This document shows, piece after piece, positions 52,546 through 64,000 of a stretch of 64,000 nucleotides of DNA. Under the pieces are notes generated by a model. The model did no database searches, was not told where the DNA came from, and saw nothing but the letters and a program-made list of their open reading frames with translations. The stretch is from positions 1 through 64,000 of the forward strand of contig JASANG010003984.1 in the NCBI GenBank assembly GCA_030248215.1. Reading direction: 5' to 3'. This stretch comes from Enoplolaimus lenunculus (taxonomy: Eukaryota). The first letter of the stretch is position 1. The number at the start of each line of letters is the position of its first letter. The translations under genes were made by a program, and so were the position numbers.

Positions 52546-53366
52546 GCACATGAATGTAAAAAATTGGCCAATTTTTATCAATTCGACTGGGGAACAACAC
52601 AGCACTGTAACTTCAAGTTTAGGTAGAGGGTAGGATTATGTTTGATCGGTATGCATTGTCTTCAGTATGAATGTAAATTGCAAAAAATGGTGAGTCAAAT
52701 TGACTCTCCGAAATTTCGGCACTACACAAACTGGGTCAAATTCGACTTCCCGAAAAAACTATTTCGGAGAGAGTCAATTTGACTCACCATTTTTTTGCAA
52801 TGTAGAAGGATGTCTGCATAGTATATACTCATACTCTTAGCAGACGATTCGAATCAAAATAAAAACATTGCATTTTTGGAGTCTCTTCGGAGGAACCATG
52901 TAAAAACGGGCCCATCTATACTTTAAAGGGCGTCCAGCTTTCGGGTGGATCTATAAAATAGTAGGTTTAGATTCTAGGTTCCATTTTTTGCTTAGGCTTA
53001 GGAACACAGTTTTGCAACGCTTAGGCTTAGGAATAGGAATCTACTGTTACGCCCCTTAAAGTAACATTGGCCTAAATACCAATAGTTTTGTTTGTCTTAG
53101 TGGTATTCAGATGATCTGCGGAAACATCAAACATTGCGCTAAAACACAGTGGGTATTAAACAAAGGTGGGTCTTCGAAAAGGAGGTAGATTTTTACATCT
53201 GCGTAAACATCATAATGTGGATCGTCGACCAATATAATGATAACATCCGCTCAGCTGTAGTTTTTGCTTGTTTTTGATAATGTAATAAAATTATATTTTA
53301 TACATAAATGATATATTAAATTATTTTTGAATTTTAATTTTTGGGTGATTTAGCCGTAAAAAATTT

Positions 53367-53532
53367 GGCCAATGTTACTTTAAGGGGCGTAACAGTAGAT
53401 TAAGCGTATTCCTAAAGCTTTGCAAAATGAATTCCTAAGCCAAAGTCTAAGCAAAAAATGTAATCTAGAATCTAAACCTACTATTTTATAGACTCACCAG
53501 AAGCCTGGACGCCCCTTAAAGTTACATGGGCC
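53367..53532. mobile_element. GGCC-ended MITE with internal (CCTAAG)n; copies at 9128-9318, ~50727-50923, 51372-51506, 52168-52310, 52908-53072, 55293-55520
   Basis: TIR GGCC(A/C)ATGTTACTTTAAGGGGCGT at both ends of multiple copies. Confidence 0.85.
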
Positions 53533-53951
53533 AAATTTGATGATGTATCAAACCAGATAATTTTGAAATCCGACGCCCGACGGACAATTTTAGTACCGAA
53601 AATGCTGGAACGTTCGGCAAAACCGAACGAATCGAACAGTTTGCTTTCGCTGGCAAAACTGCAGAAACTTTTGCCCTACTATAATGACCCGAAAGACGGG
53701 GGACTGATATTTATTTAGCTTCTCCAGATGGTACCCCCCCTTGTTATTCGGTTACAGACTGTAATTTTTAACCCACGCTCCGCTGCCCTTCGTTACTGAT
53801 ATATATCCGGTACTGCAATTATCCGTTGAATTAAACGTTTATTTGTCTTGTGTCAATAGCTTGAGCGAGATAATACAAGGTTATAGGGTTATTTGACATT
53901 TATGGACTCCAATTAGGGTTTAGGAACTATCCGCTTACGGACTCTTTTTAG

Positions 53952-54396
53952 CAGGGTGCACGGAGGTGAAAAATACCGGAGCCGGAGGTCAATAAAACTT
54001 GCCGGAACCGGAGGTCAACAAAACTTGCCGGAGGTTAGGTGAAGTTAGGTAGTAACGACGATGGTTAACTAGTTAATTTTAGCCAATATCATAAGGACAC
54101 GGTAGTGTCTCTTATTTAACATATCTTTTTCTATGGCCCGGTTAGGGGCACTTTAACAACTTGTATGCAATATGTTGTTAATTTGTTCAGTTTTACACTA
54201 ATTATCTGCGAATTTTCGGAAATTCTTTCCTGAAAACGGCGACAAAAGTAAAACGAAACGCGTTCAAACAGATAAATTTTGTCAAAATTATGCAAAAATT
54301 TTCCTACCAAAATTGCCGGAACCTCCGGTAAAAATTTTACCGCAGCCGGAGGCCGATTTTCTGCCGGATCCGGAGGCAGACCTCCGGTTGAACCCT
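53952..54396. mobile_element. CAGGG-ended non-autonomous DNA element nested in the 53678-54489 MITE; copies at 6077-6423 and 35036-35393, with related ends at 1-110, ~58528, 59182-59570, ~61480
   Basis: CAGGGTGCA..CGGAG / CTCCGGTTG(C/A)ACCCTG termini and shared internal sequence. Confidence 0.75.
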
Positions 54397-54713
54397 GCTT
54401 ATTAGGGATACGGACTCCAATTGATTTGAACTCAAAATGGGGACCCACCTCTTATTACCCCTCCCCCTCTTATCCGGGTCAATACAGTACCCAAACTGAA
54501 GGGCGAATGATAATTTTTCAAAAATAAATCGGGGTAAAAATCACACCGTTTTATATACTGCAATTTCATGTTTCGCTTTGGCTAGTGCTTACACGATGGC
54601 GCCTGCTTCACTCACGTTCATGTTCGAAATTAAAGATAGGTCCAATGTATAGAACAAAGTGGTACAATAGAAAAGCACATTCCTAAGTCTTATCATAAGG
54701 ATAAGCTTGTACC

Positions 54714-54888
54714 GTCCCATGTATAGAACAGGGCCGGATCGTTTTTAGGAGGGCTATAATAGAGTTAGTTTACGCTTATTAGACTAAATATTTTTGCTTA
54801 CGCTTAGGAATAGGCTCATCCTTACGCTTACGCTTAGGCGTAGGAATATGCTTATACTACTGTTCCGGCCCTGTTCTATATATGGGCC
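54714..54888. mobile_element. Sister GGCC/(CTTAGG)n MITE; copies at 14720-14869, ~12522-12680, 32397-32574, 34137-34331
   Basis: TIR (GG)CCCATGTATAGAACAGGG and shared internal GCTTAGGCTTAGG arrays. Confidence 0.75.
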
Positions 54889-56499
54889 GCTTGTACCTAA
54901 GCCTTAACTAAGCAAAAATAGTCAAAAGCGTAAGCATACTCTTACTAATCTGAATTTTATGTAACCTTTTGCTTTTATTTAACCAGCATTAACACTAAAC
55001 AGTAGAAATACCGTAAGCATAGTGTACAATTGAAAGCAACACATTCGGCAACATACAATTGCAATCTAATATTTCTAATCTGTGCATTAGCACCAAAACT
55101 TGATATTGTAATATAAATTTTTCGTTCAACTTAAGCAAACTTGTTTATCAGTAATTTCTGTGTTACTTCTTGTAGACAGCGGCTCACACCCATATCGAGA
55201 TCTCAGTTCCCCATAGAAAAATTCTGTCTACCCACAGCATTTCAAGTTTGAAAGGTTTTTGAAATCAATTTATGTCCCTCCTAAAGTTTAACGGCCAATG
55301 TTACTTTTAGGGGCGTAACAGTAGATTAAGCGTATTCCTAAACCTAAACTTAAGCGTAAGCGTTTCAAAAATGTGTTCCTAAGCCTGTGTATGCCTAAGC
55401 AAAAAATGTTATCTAGAATCTAAACATACTCTTTAGAATCTAAACGTACTCTTTAGAATCTAAACGTACTCTTTTACAGAACCACCAAAACCTGGACGCC
55501 CCTTTACAGTAACATGGGCCAAAAGCACTGTAATTTATAGTCGCGCATCAATCCATATGAATGCAAAAGGCTTTAGTGCAATTTGAATAAACAATCACCG
55601 CTATGCATAAAGAAATATCATGAATATCATTCAATCATACGCTTATCTCAGTCAATATTTCACTGAACAAAATGCCAAAATCATGGAAACGGTTGCACTA
55701 ATGACTCCGCGCCTGGGTTGAACTGAGATGCCTGTTTTCAATGCAACCAATGCCGCGTCCCACTATCGAAATCCACATCCGTATACGTATCTCCTCGATA
55801 AACACCGAGTTCAACCACTATTTGCCCCTGAACAAGTAACCAAATATCTCGTATCACCTGAAAATGCAATCTTCTCATGGCCACCAACAACTGAAACAGG
55901 TACTTTCTCCATGAAAAGTGTGCTTTCTTTAAACCAGAGCAACCGTAACCAGAAGCTGAAAATATATATATTTTATCACAATTTATCAGACAAACATCCA
56001 TAGCCTAAAAACAGAATTCTCATCCGCAAGTACCAAGGCGATCCAAAATCTACAAAATACCTTAACCCCATTCTGGCACGCCATTATTTCAATGGTCCAT
56101 ACTATTTTTATGCGTGCCCCGTTTCTCGTCAGGACCGCAATAGAATAGGCTTAAATTTTGACTTATTTTTTTACGCTTAAGCTTAGTATTAGCTTTAGAC
56201 GTATAACCTACATCGCATCCTAAACAATGAGTACCTTTTTCAAACCTGTGACCAGCATAACCTGATTTCTAAAACTAAAATTCACTTACGCATTAGCATC
56301 ATAACCACAACCTGATACCGTGTGGTCAGTCGCCTAATATATAACCGTTCAAACCAACTTCGTTATCTAAAAATATTACTAAAATTAACCTTGAAATACT
56401 TATAAAAATTGAAACTTTTATCAATTAAGACTTTTTAAATTAATAATTTGGGTTTTTTTTCAAAATTAAATATGTAAGCTATTGTTGACGACGCCCAAA

Positions 56500-56708
56500 T
56501 GTCACTGCCTGCGATCCTAAACATGTGGTTTATTCGAAGTGTTTTTGCCTCGATCGGAGCAACACACCCACATTTCGGGACTCGAATGGACGCACCATTT
56601 TTTATCATTCAACACCATTATTTACCATACAACACCATTATTCAAAGCATTGCGTAAACACGTCGGTTCGCTTTGATTACCACAAGTTTAGGTCTCAGGG
56701 ACATGACA
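56500..56708 (-). ncRNA. mir-125: miR-125 precursor with ~151-nt loop; mature 5p 56701-56680, star arm ~56528-56504
   Basis: Minus strand TCCCTGAGACCTAAACTTGTGG is 19/22 to miR-125b with the seed intact. It pairs with CCACATGTTTAGGATCGCAGGCA. Basal TGTCA/TGACA. Confidence 0.85.
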
Positions 56709-56970
56709 GTGGACTAAAATATCATTGCAATCAAATTTCAATTACACTTCAATCAAATGACCCCAATTAACTCAAGTGAGAACGCCGCTTTTTGTTTTTC
56801 CCATCGCACTCCGTATGTTCCAAAGACTCGTTCTGCATTTACACCAATGCTACCAACAAACTGAAATTCATATTTTAAATCTATGCTTTAGCTTGGAACC
56901 TAATTCCAACTCGAAACTCATATTAAACTCAATATCATTCCAGTTAACCTCTAGAGCATATTCCTAAACT

Positions 56971-57263
56971 GTACGCCTAAACTGCCCCAGAGTACGCCTA
57001 AACTGCCCCAGAGTACGCCTAAACTGCCCCAGAGGACGCATAAACTGCCCCAGAGTACGCATAAACTGCCCCAGAGTACGCATAAACTGCCCCAGAGTAC
57101 GCCTAAACTGCCCCAGAGTACGCCTAAACTGCCCCAGAGTACGCCTAAACTGCCCCAGAGGACGCATAAACTGCCCCAGAGTACGCATAAACTGCCCCAG
57201 AGTACGCATAAACTGCCCCAGAGTACGCATAAACTGCCCCAGAGCACGCCTAAACTGCCCCAG
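56971..57263. repeat. 21-bp minisatellite, ~14 copies
   Basis: (GAGTACGC(A/C)TAAACTGCCCCA)n. Confidence 0.95.
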
Positions 57264-59813
57264 GGACGAAACATGATTTATAAACGGCCCACGCGGTCAG
57301 TTTGCCACGCCAGTGTCGAAAATATAACAAAAAACTTGTATGTTTCGAACTTTTTCGACCAAATTGACATTTTTTATTCAAAAGTTGTTTCATTTTTTTT
57401 AAATCCAGCTCTCACAAAGATTCCCTGTACTACTCTGCTTTAACATGGCCTCCATTATGGCCCGAAAACTGAAACGACAATGTATTCACCGCATTCATAT
57501 CTTATGCTAATTCTCCTGAGCCCAAAATCATTCGTTGGCTCAAATTTAAGTTCAAGTTTTAATTTAAATCCAAGATTAGTCAGCCTGAAGCTGACGGCCA
57601 CTATTCCATATTTCTAGCTTTCTTCAATCATTACCATCAGGATCCCTGCTAATATGAATTATATATACTATTATTAGGTATGTAATTGTGATATATATTA
57701 TATATACATAAATACATATATACATATATATACATATATACATAAATATATATCCAGAACTGTCATTTTTTGAACATTTAAACATTTATATATTTAAATT
57801 ATTTTCAAATTAAGATATAATAAAATTACTATTTTCTTAAAGTTCCATATTAGTATGTAATATTTTTACAGTTGGTCAGCCAGAACTATATATCTCAAAC
57901 ACCAAGGCATTCTCCACTGTCGAAATTAATAGAAATATAAAACTCTACGTAAAACTGAAAATTAAAGAAAAACTAAAATTAAAACTGAAACCGGAACTAA
58001 AATTTCTTAGTTGAAATACATAAAACAAACGACCAAGCAAAACAGAAAACACGACTTGCCGTAGTTACAGCCGCAGTAGGAAGTGATAGGCTACGTTCGG
58101 AATTCTGGTTCTGGCATTTTTTCACTTTCCGGTTCCGGTAAATTTTTGCCAAAATTAAAAATTGCGGTACTAATTTTTGGTCAGTTTTTAAAATTTGCTA
58201 ATCTTTAAGAAGCCTTTTTAAAGCAACTTGTTCAAATATTTTACTAGAAATAACGATAAAAATAAAATAGATTTCAATAGCATAATTTAATGCCCGAAAA
58301 TAAACCATCGAAGGTAGATTTCGCTTCCGTGGATAATGAAAATCTTAAATACAGCGTATTAAGTAATACCTATCTTCAACTAAAGTTATTTAACCGAAAA
58401 TATAGCAAAAACAGAAAATTAAATTGAATAATTCGGTGGCATATATTTTACACTTTTCGGTTCCGGTTCAATTTCCGGGTTTTTTTCAAATTTCGGTTCC
58501 GGTAAATTGTAATTTCCGTTGCACCCTGGGAAGTTGTTTAAAATCAGTTTCCGAGATACGGCCACGCCCGTGTGCAAATAACTTCCCGACGACCCCCGTT
58601 TTTCCCACAACCAGGAATGCTGCCAAATGCTGTGAAATTGCGTTTTTAAATTTTAAATTCATTTTAAAAAATATACAAATCATTTCAACTGCTTACAGAT
58701 ATACGTAAACCAATTTCGAGACAATTGTCAAAAGTACTTAATAAATATTTCAGTCTACAACTATTCAACGCGCATAGAAACTAACAATTTCTTTACTTTC
58801 TCATTCAAATTTTCAACCCGAGCGCAGGTATATCCTCGTCAAAATTACTTTTTCGGCGTTCGTTAAATCTAAATGCAGGTTATCCAGCAAAACAACAACT
58901 TCATTACCTTAACCTAAAAAAGCTTCGCTACCTAACCGATAAATTGACCATTTAACCATATTAGTATGCTTTTCGGTAAACTAAAATTGCGACTACAAAC
59001 AGGTCGTGTTCGTTTCAGTAATTTGAATTACATATTGTTTTAGCCAGGCCAGGCACTGCAACAATGACTACAATATTTCTTCCTTAAATCGACTTGACGG
59101 ATTGGTTAACGATTATTTTATCAAGCAATCGTTCTACTTTCATGAAAAACAATTTAAACTACAGGAAAACTAGCCTTCCAACCAGGGTGCAACCGGAATT
59201 CCGGTTCCGCAAAGGGAAATCGGGTATTTTTCACTGTCTGGTTCCGGTACTAAATCCGGTTTATTTCACGGCAATTTTCCGATATTTTCGGTATTGAAAA
59301 TTTTTGTCATTCGAAAATTTGAGAAAAATTGGCATATTATTCTGACTTATTTTTCTAAAACTGTCCGAGTGTGCATTGCCAAAATTTTCAATTTGTGCCA
59401 TACTCCAAAAGTTATCATGTCGTGTTTCCACCTGCTGCATTTGTTTCAGGATTTTGGCTTTTCAAATGGAGTGTTTACAGCATTAAAAGCGATAAAATAG
59501 CGTTACAAAGGAATTTTCGGTAACAATTAACTTTCCGGTTTTGGTATTTTATAATCCCGGTTGCATCCTGCTTCCAACAGGAACTAAGTTTTACCGGAAC
59601 AGGAATTGAATTTTTGCTTAAATCCAGGCTGGAACAGGAATTCCTTTGGAACCGTTGGAAAACTTGTCACCCCCTCTCCCTTTTAGTAAGTACATTACTG
59701 GCGTTAAATTTACGGGTCTGACACTGTCTCACGTACGCCAGTAAAACCAGAAACAGATCTGAAAAATTTGCAAACCTAATACTCACACTTGTTACACTTT
59801 TATATGCATCAAT

Positions 59814-59901
59814 AATGAAAGCTATATACGAACAAACTGGTTCAAAATATTAACCTAAAATTTCAAACACGACCAAGCCAAACACTATTCATATTACCTC
59901 A
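59814..59901 (-). ncRNA. let-7-like precursor candidate (5p TGAGGTAATATGAATAGTGTTT, ~40-nt loop)
   Basis: let-7 6-mer seed GAGGTA. Star arm GTTTGTTCGTATATAGCTTTCA gives a 10-bp core and a let-7*-like GCTTTC end. Lies upstream of miR-125 on the same strand. Confidence 0.55.
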
Positions 59902-61834
59902 AACCAGGAAGTGATCTAGAATATATCAGGCAAAGAATTTAATTATATGAAACCAATACATGAACAACATACCAACGTTGAGTAGTTGCAAATCGGCACA
60001 TATTATACTCTATATTATATATTAAAAATTAAATCTAACATACATAATAACAACAGGCCGTAATCGTAGAAAGTTAACAAACCTGAAACCATAATTTATT
60101 TTGCTTCCAACAACTTTCAATCCCGTCAGGGACGTTAGAACATCAAAAACAAGATTGGTTTAAAAAACTATGAATTCAGATTAGCCAATAACTAATACTC
60201 ACATAAGGTCACTCATGAAAAGCTCAAATATACAAAAATTTTCAAAAATCGAACCATTTTTATAGGCAAACGGCAGCTGTTGACGACGGAAACGACAAAT
60301 TTTAATTCAATCACGTAATTTCACTGTTAACCATTCCCGCTCCAGGGACGTTTTAAATCGTATTCGTCCACAGGTCCGCAGCCAGCTCAACGTGCATGAA
60401 TGCCAGAGTGCCAACAGGAATTAAATTTTGCCGGAACAGGAACATGCACCGGAAGTGTACCTTTTTGCCAGAAACAGGAACTGGAGTTTAAAATAAGTTT
60501 CACACACCGATTTAGTGTTTTACTTTTTAGTAACCACGTCAAAAAACGCGCCTTAGGCGAGATTTTGGCTATTTTTCGTGTTCATACCTCTTACAAAATC
60601 ACTCGCCAAATATTTGAATTTAACATCATATCAACTGAACGGAACGAGATGAAACACATGAAGTTGAAATATTTACATGATATGGCATATCACCGTAAAA
60701 ATTTCCGTTCCTTGCGTAAATAAGTAACTTTTTCGCACGAATTCCGGTTGAATTCCGGTTGGAACATGAGGAATTTCTGTGGAAGAACATTGGCGGGCGC
60801 TAAAACACATTTTCAAAAAGCCATAGGAAATCGCAAACCCACACAAGCTGAACTAAAACAGTTCCAGGCGGAAGCGAAATCCTGTCAGTCAAGGTGACCG
60901 GACGCCTTCGAGTTTTTCTTCTGGCTACGGACGTGTCCGCCTCGCCTGAATCCCGATCCTATCTTTGAAAACCTTCGCAAGCATCACACACGCCGTCGCA
61001 GAAACAAGTCATCATGGCGTTAAGCTTTAATAAATCATTATATCTCTCCACTGTTTGTCGGCGTTAATTAGTTATTGGTACGCAAGCTTACACGTACATA
61101 AGCATACTCAGGGTGAGAATGTCGTAAATCAAACCATGAAAATTAATCTCAAATGTTCTAAGTAGTGGCTTCTTGGCGGTAAAGCCTGACGTTTATAATT
61201 TATTATATATGTGTCGTAGGCCAATCTGCTATCCAGGACAATTACCTATTGGCCTGAATAGCGGATTGCCCCTACGACAATATATACTATAATGTTTTTC
61301 GGTTGATTTTGTTAAAAATTCTACACAAAGCACGCAAATTGTACCTATACAACATGAATATCAAATGTAAGTCAGGCTTTAAGTGTGTATTTTTTAAATT
61401 TGGATTCTTTACGGTTGTGCTATACTTTACTGGGCTGGAAGCCGCGACGCGTTGCTAACAAAAATATAGGCATAATCATGGTGCAACTTAAATTGCGGTT
61501 CCGTTTCCTGCAATATTTAACCTTCCGGTTCCGGTTCCCGTAAAGTTTTACCGGAATTAAAAAACCCGGTTTTAAATTTTGGTCGGTGGAAATTAATACA
61601 TTTTACTAAAAAATAACGATAAAAATGAAGTAGATTTCATTCGTTTAGTGTATAAACATTGGCAATCGTCGAAAATAAACCGCTGAATGTACATTGCGCT
61701 TCCGCGGATTTATGAACATCTAAAATACAGCAGATAAAGTGAATACCTATCTCCAACTAAGTGTTATTTCACCAATAATATTGTATAAAAATTTATATGA
61801 ATATTTCGGCGGCATTTATTTTTCATTTTCCGGC

Positions 61835-62249
61835 TCCGGTTCCAGTTCCGTTTCCAGTAATTTTTTTCAAATTCCGGTTCCAGTTCCGTTTCCAGTAATT
61901 TTTTTCAAATTCCGGTTCCAGTTCCGTTTCCAGTAATTTTTTTCAAATTCCGGTTCCAGTTCCGTTTCCAGTAATTTTTTTCAAATTCCGGTTCCAGTTC
62001 CGTTTCCAGTAATTTTTTTCAAATTCCGGTTCCAGTTCCGTTTCCAGCAATTTTTTTCAAATTCCGGTTCCAGTTCCGTTTCCAGTAATTTTTTTCAAAT
62101 TCCGGTTCCAGTTCCGTTTCCAGTAATTTTTTTCAAATTCCGGTTCCAGTTCCGTTTCCAGTAATTTTTTTCAAATTCCGGTTCCAGTTCCGTTTCCAGT
62201 AATTTTTTCAAATTGCCGTTCCAGTTCGTTTCCAGTAATTTTTTCAAAC
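61835..62249. repeat. 38-bp tandem repeat, ~11 copies, expanded from a MITE subterminal motif
   Basis: (TCCGGTTCCAGTTCCGTTTCCAGTAATTTTTTTCAAAT)n. Confidence 0.95.
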
Positions 62250-62545
62250 TCCACTGGCATCGCGCCGTGAGTATAGCGCAACCCTTAGCCAATTTCGACG
62301 AGAAACCCTGACAAAATTTTAATTAATCCAAGATCTTTGTTAAAAACGGCAACTCGAAAATGACAATTTGCCGAACACCACGTGGCAACCGGAATTAAAA
62401 AGCACACAAACCGGAGCCGCAAAGCAAAAATAATCTCGAAATAACTAGGAAACACTTAATTTTTAGCATAATTTCATTTATAATGTTACGTACCACCCCA
62501 CCCCCCGCTCCATAACACTTTTCACCAATGTCATCAAAACAATTA

Positions 62546-63729
62546 ACAAGAGTCAGTTAAAACTCGAAATTACAAGAGTCAGTTGAAACTCGAAATTGCA
62601 AGAGTCGGTTGAAACTCGAAATTACACGAGTCAGTTGAAACTCGAAATTACAAGAGTCAGTTGAACCTAGAAATTACAAGGGTCAGTTGAAACTAGAAAT
62701 TACACGAGTCAGTTGAAACTCGAAATTACAAGAGTCAGTTGAAACTCGAAATTACACGAGTCAGTTGAAACTCGAAATTACAAGAGTCAGTTGAAACTCG
62801 AAATTACAAGAGTCAGTTGAAACTCGAAATTACAAGAGTCAGTTGAAACTCGAAATTACAAGAGTCAGTTAAAACTCGAAATTACAAGAGTCAGTTGAAA
62901 CTCGAAATTGCAAGAGTCGGTTGAAACTCGAAATTACACGAGTCAGTTGAAACTCGAAATTACAAGAGTCAGTTGAACCTAGAAATTACAAGGGTCAGTT
63001 GAAACTAGAAATTACACGAGTCAGTTGAAACTCGAAATTACAAGAGTCAGTTGAAACTCGAAATTACACGAGTCAGTTGAAACTCGAAATTACAAGAGTC
63101 AGTTGAAACTCGAAATTACAAGAGTCAGTTGAAACTCGAAATTACAAGAGTCAGTTGAAACTCGAAATTACAAGAGTCAGTTGAAACTCGAAATTACAAG
63201 AGTCAGTTGAAACTCGAAATTACAAGAGTCAGTTGAAACTCGAAATTACAAGAGTCAGTTGAAACTCGAAATTACAAGAGTCAGTTGAAACTAGAAATTA
63301 CACGAGTCAGTTGAAACTCGAAATTACAAGGGTCAGTTGAAACTAGAAATTACACGAGTCAGTTGAAACTCGAAATTACAAGAGTCAGTTGAAACTCGAA
63401 ATTACAAGAGTCAGTTGAAACTCGAAATTACAAGAGTCAGTTGAAACTCGAAATTACAAGAGTCAGTTGAAACTCGAAATTACAAGAGTCAGTTGAACCT
63501 AGAAATTACAAGGGTCAGTTGAAACTAGAAATTACACGAGTCAGTTGAAACTCGAAATTACAAGAATCAGTTGAAACTCGAAATTACACGAGTCAGTTGA
63601 AACTAGAAATTACACGAGTCAGTTGAAACTCGAAATTACAAGAGTCAGTTGAAACTCGAAATTACAAGAGTCAGTTGAAACTCGAAATTACAAGAGTCAG
63701 TTGAAACTCGAAATTACAAGAGTCAGTTG
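62546..63729. repeat. 26-bp satellite, ~45 copies
   Basis: (ACAAGAGTCAGTTGAAACTCGAAATT)n. Confidence 0.97.
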
Positions 63730-64000
63730 CGTCTCAAACGAGCTCAATTTTACCTTCAGAAACACAAAATAAATAACACCAAGAATACTTACCGGAAACT
63801 CCAGTACAAAAATACCAGATTCAATAGCGAAACCGGATTGTGAAAAATATTGGATTCCGCCTACGTACCACCGGAACCAGAATTCCACTTTACATCCTGG
63901 CTAAAATCGTTTAGATACTTTTAGCAAAAGCAAATTTTTAAACGGCATAGCATCTGATTAAAAAATGAAATAGCGGTCCTTATTTTTTCAAGCCTTCTAT

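Noticed and set aside
62546..63729. CRISPR-like array
   Set aside because: Head-to-tail 26-bp units with no unique spacers, no cas genes, eukaryotic context.

Overview
AT-rich animal genomic DNA, probably from an ascidian/tunicate (inferred from short GT-AG introns, dense MITEs and chordate-like proteins). There are three + strand protein genes: the 3' part of GPS2 (458-1698), an intronless MEAF6/Eaf6 (4075-4743) and a ~21-22 exon SNX29 (37545 to ~50074/52545). The rest is MITEs, tRNA-derived repeats and satellites. The main observation lies in the gene-free regions. An exact 22-nt miR-100 (33186-33207, +) and a 19/22 miR-125 (56680-56701, -) have no partner arm at the normal distance, but each has a clear star arm 115 and ~151 nt away, i.e. 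giant-loop precursors. Around them are many further long-loop hairpin candidates in recurring families: let-7-like 5p arms starting TGAG/TAAG, 3p arms starting TTGAA, and 5p arms starting TACCGCA. These suggest two convergent, expanded miRNA clusters (+ strand ~14-36 kb, - strand ~56-60 kb) flanking SNX29. All pairings were worked out by eye with no folding or database search, so individual novel hairpins are candidates only.
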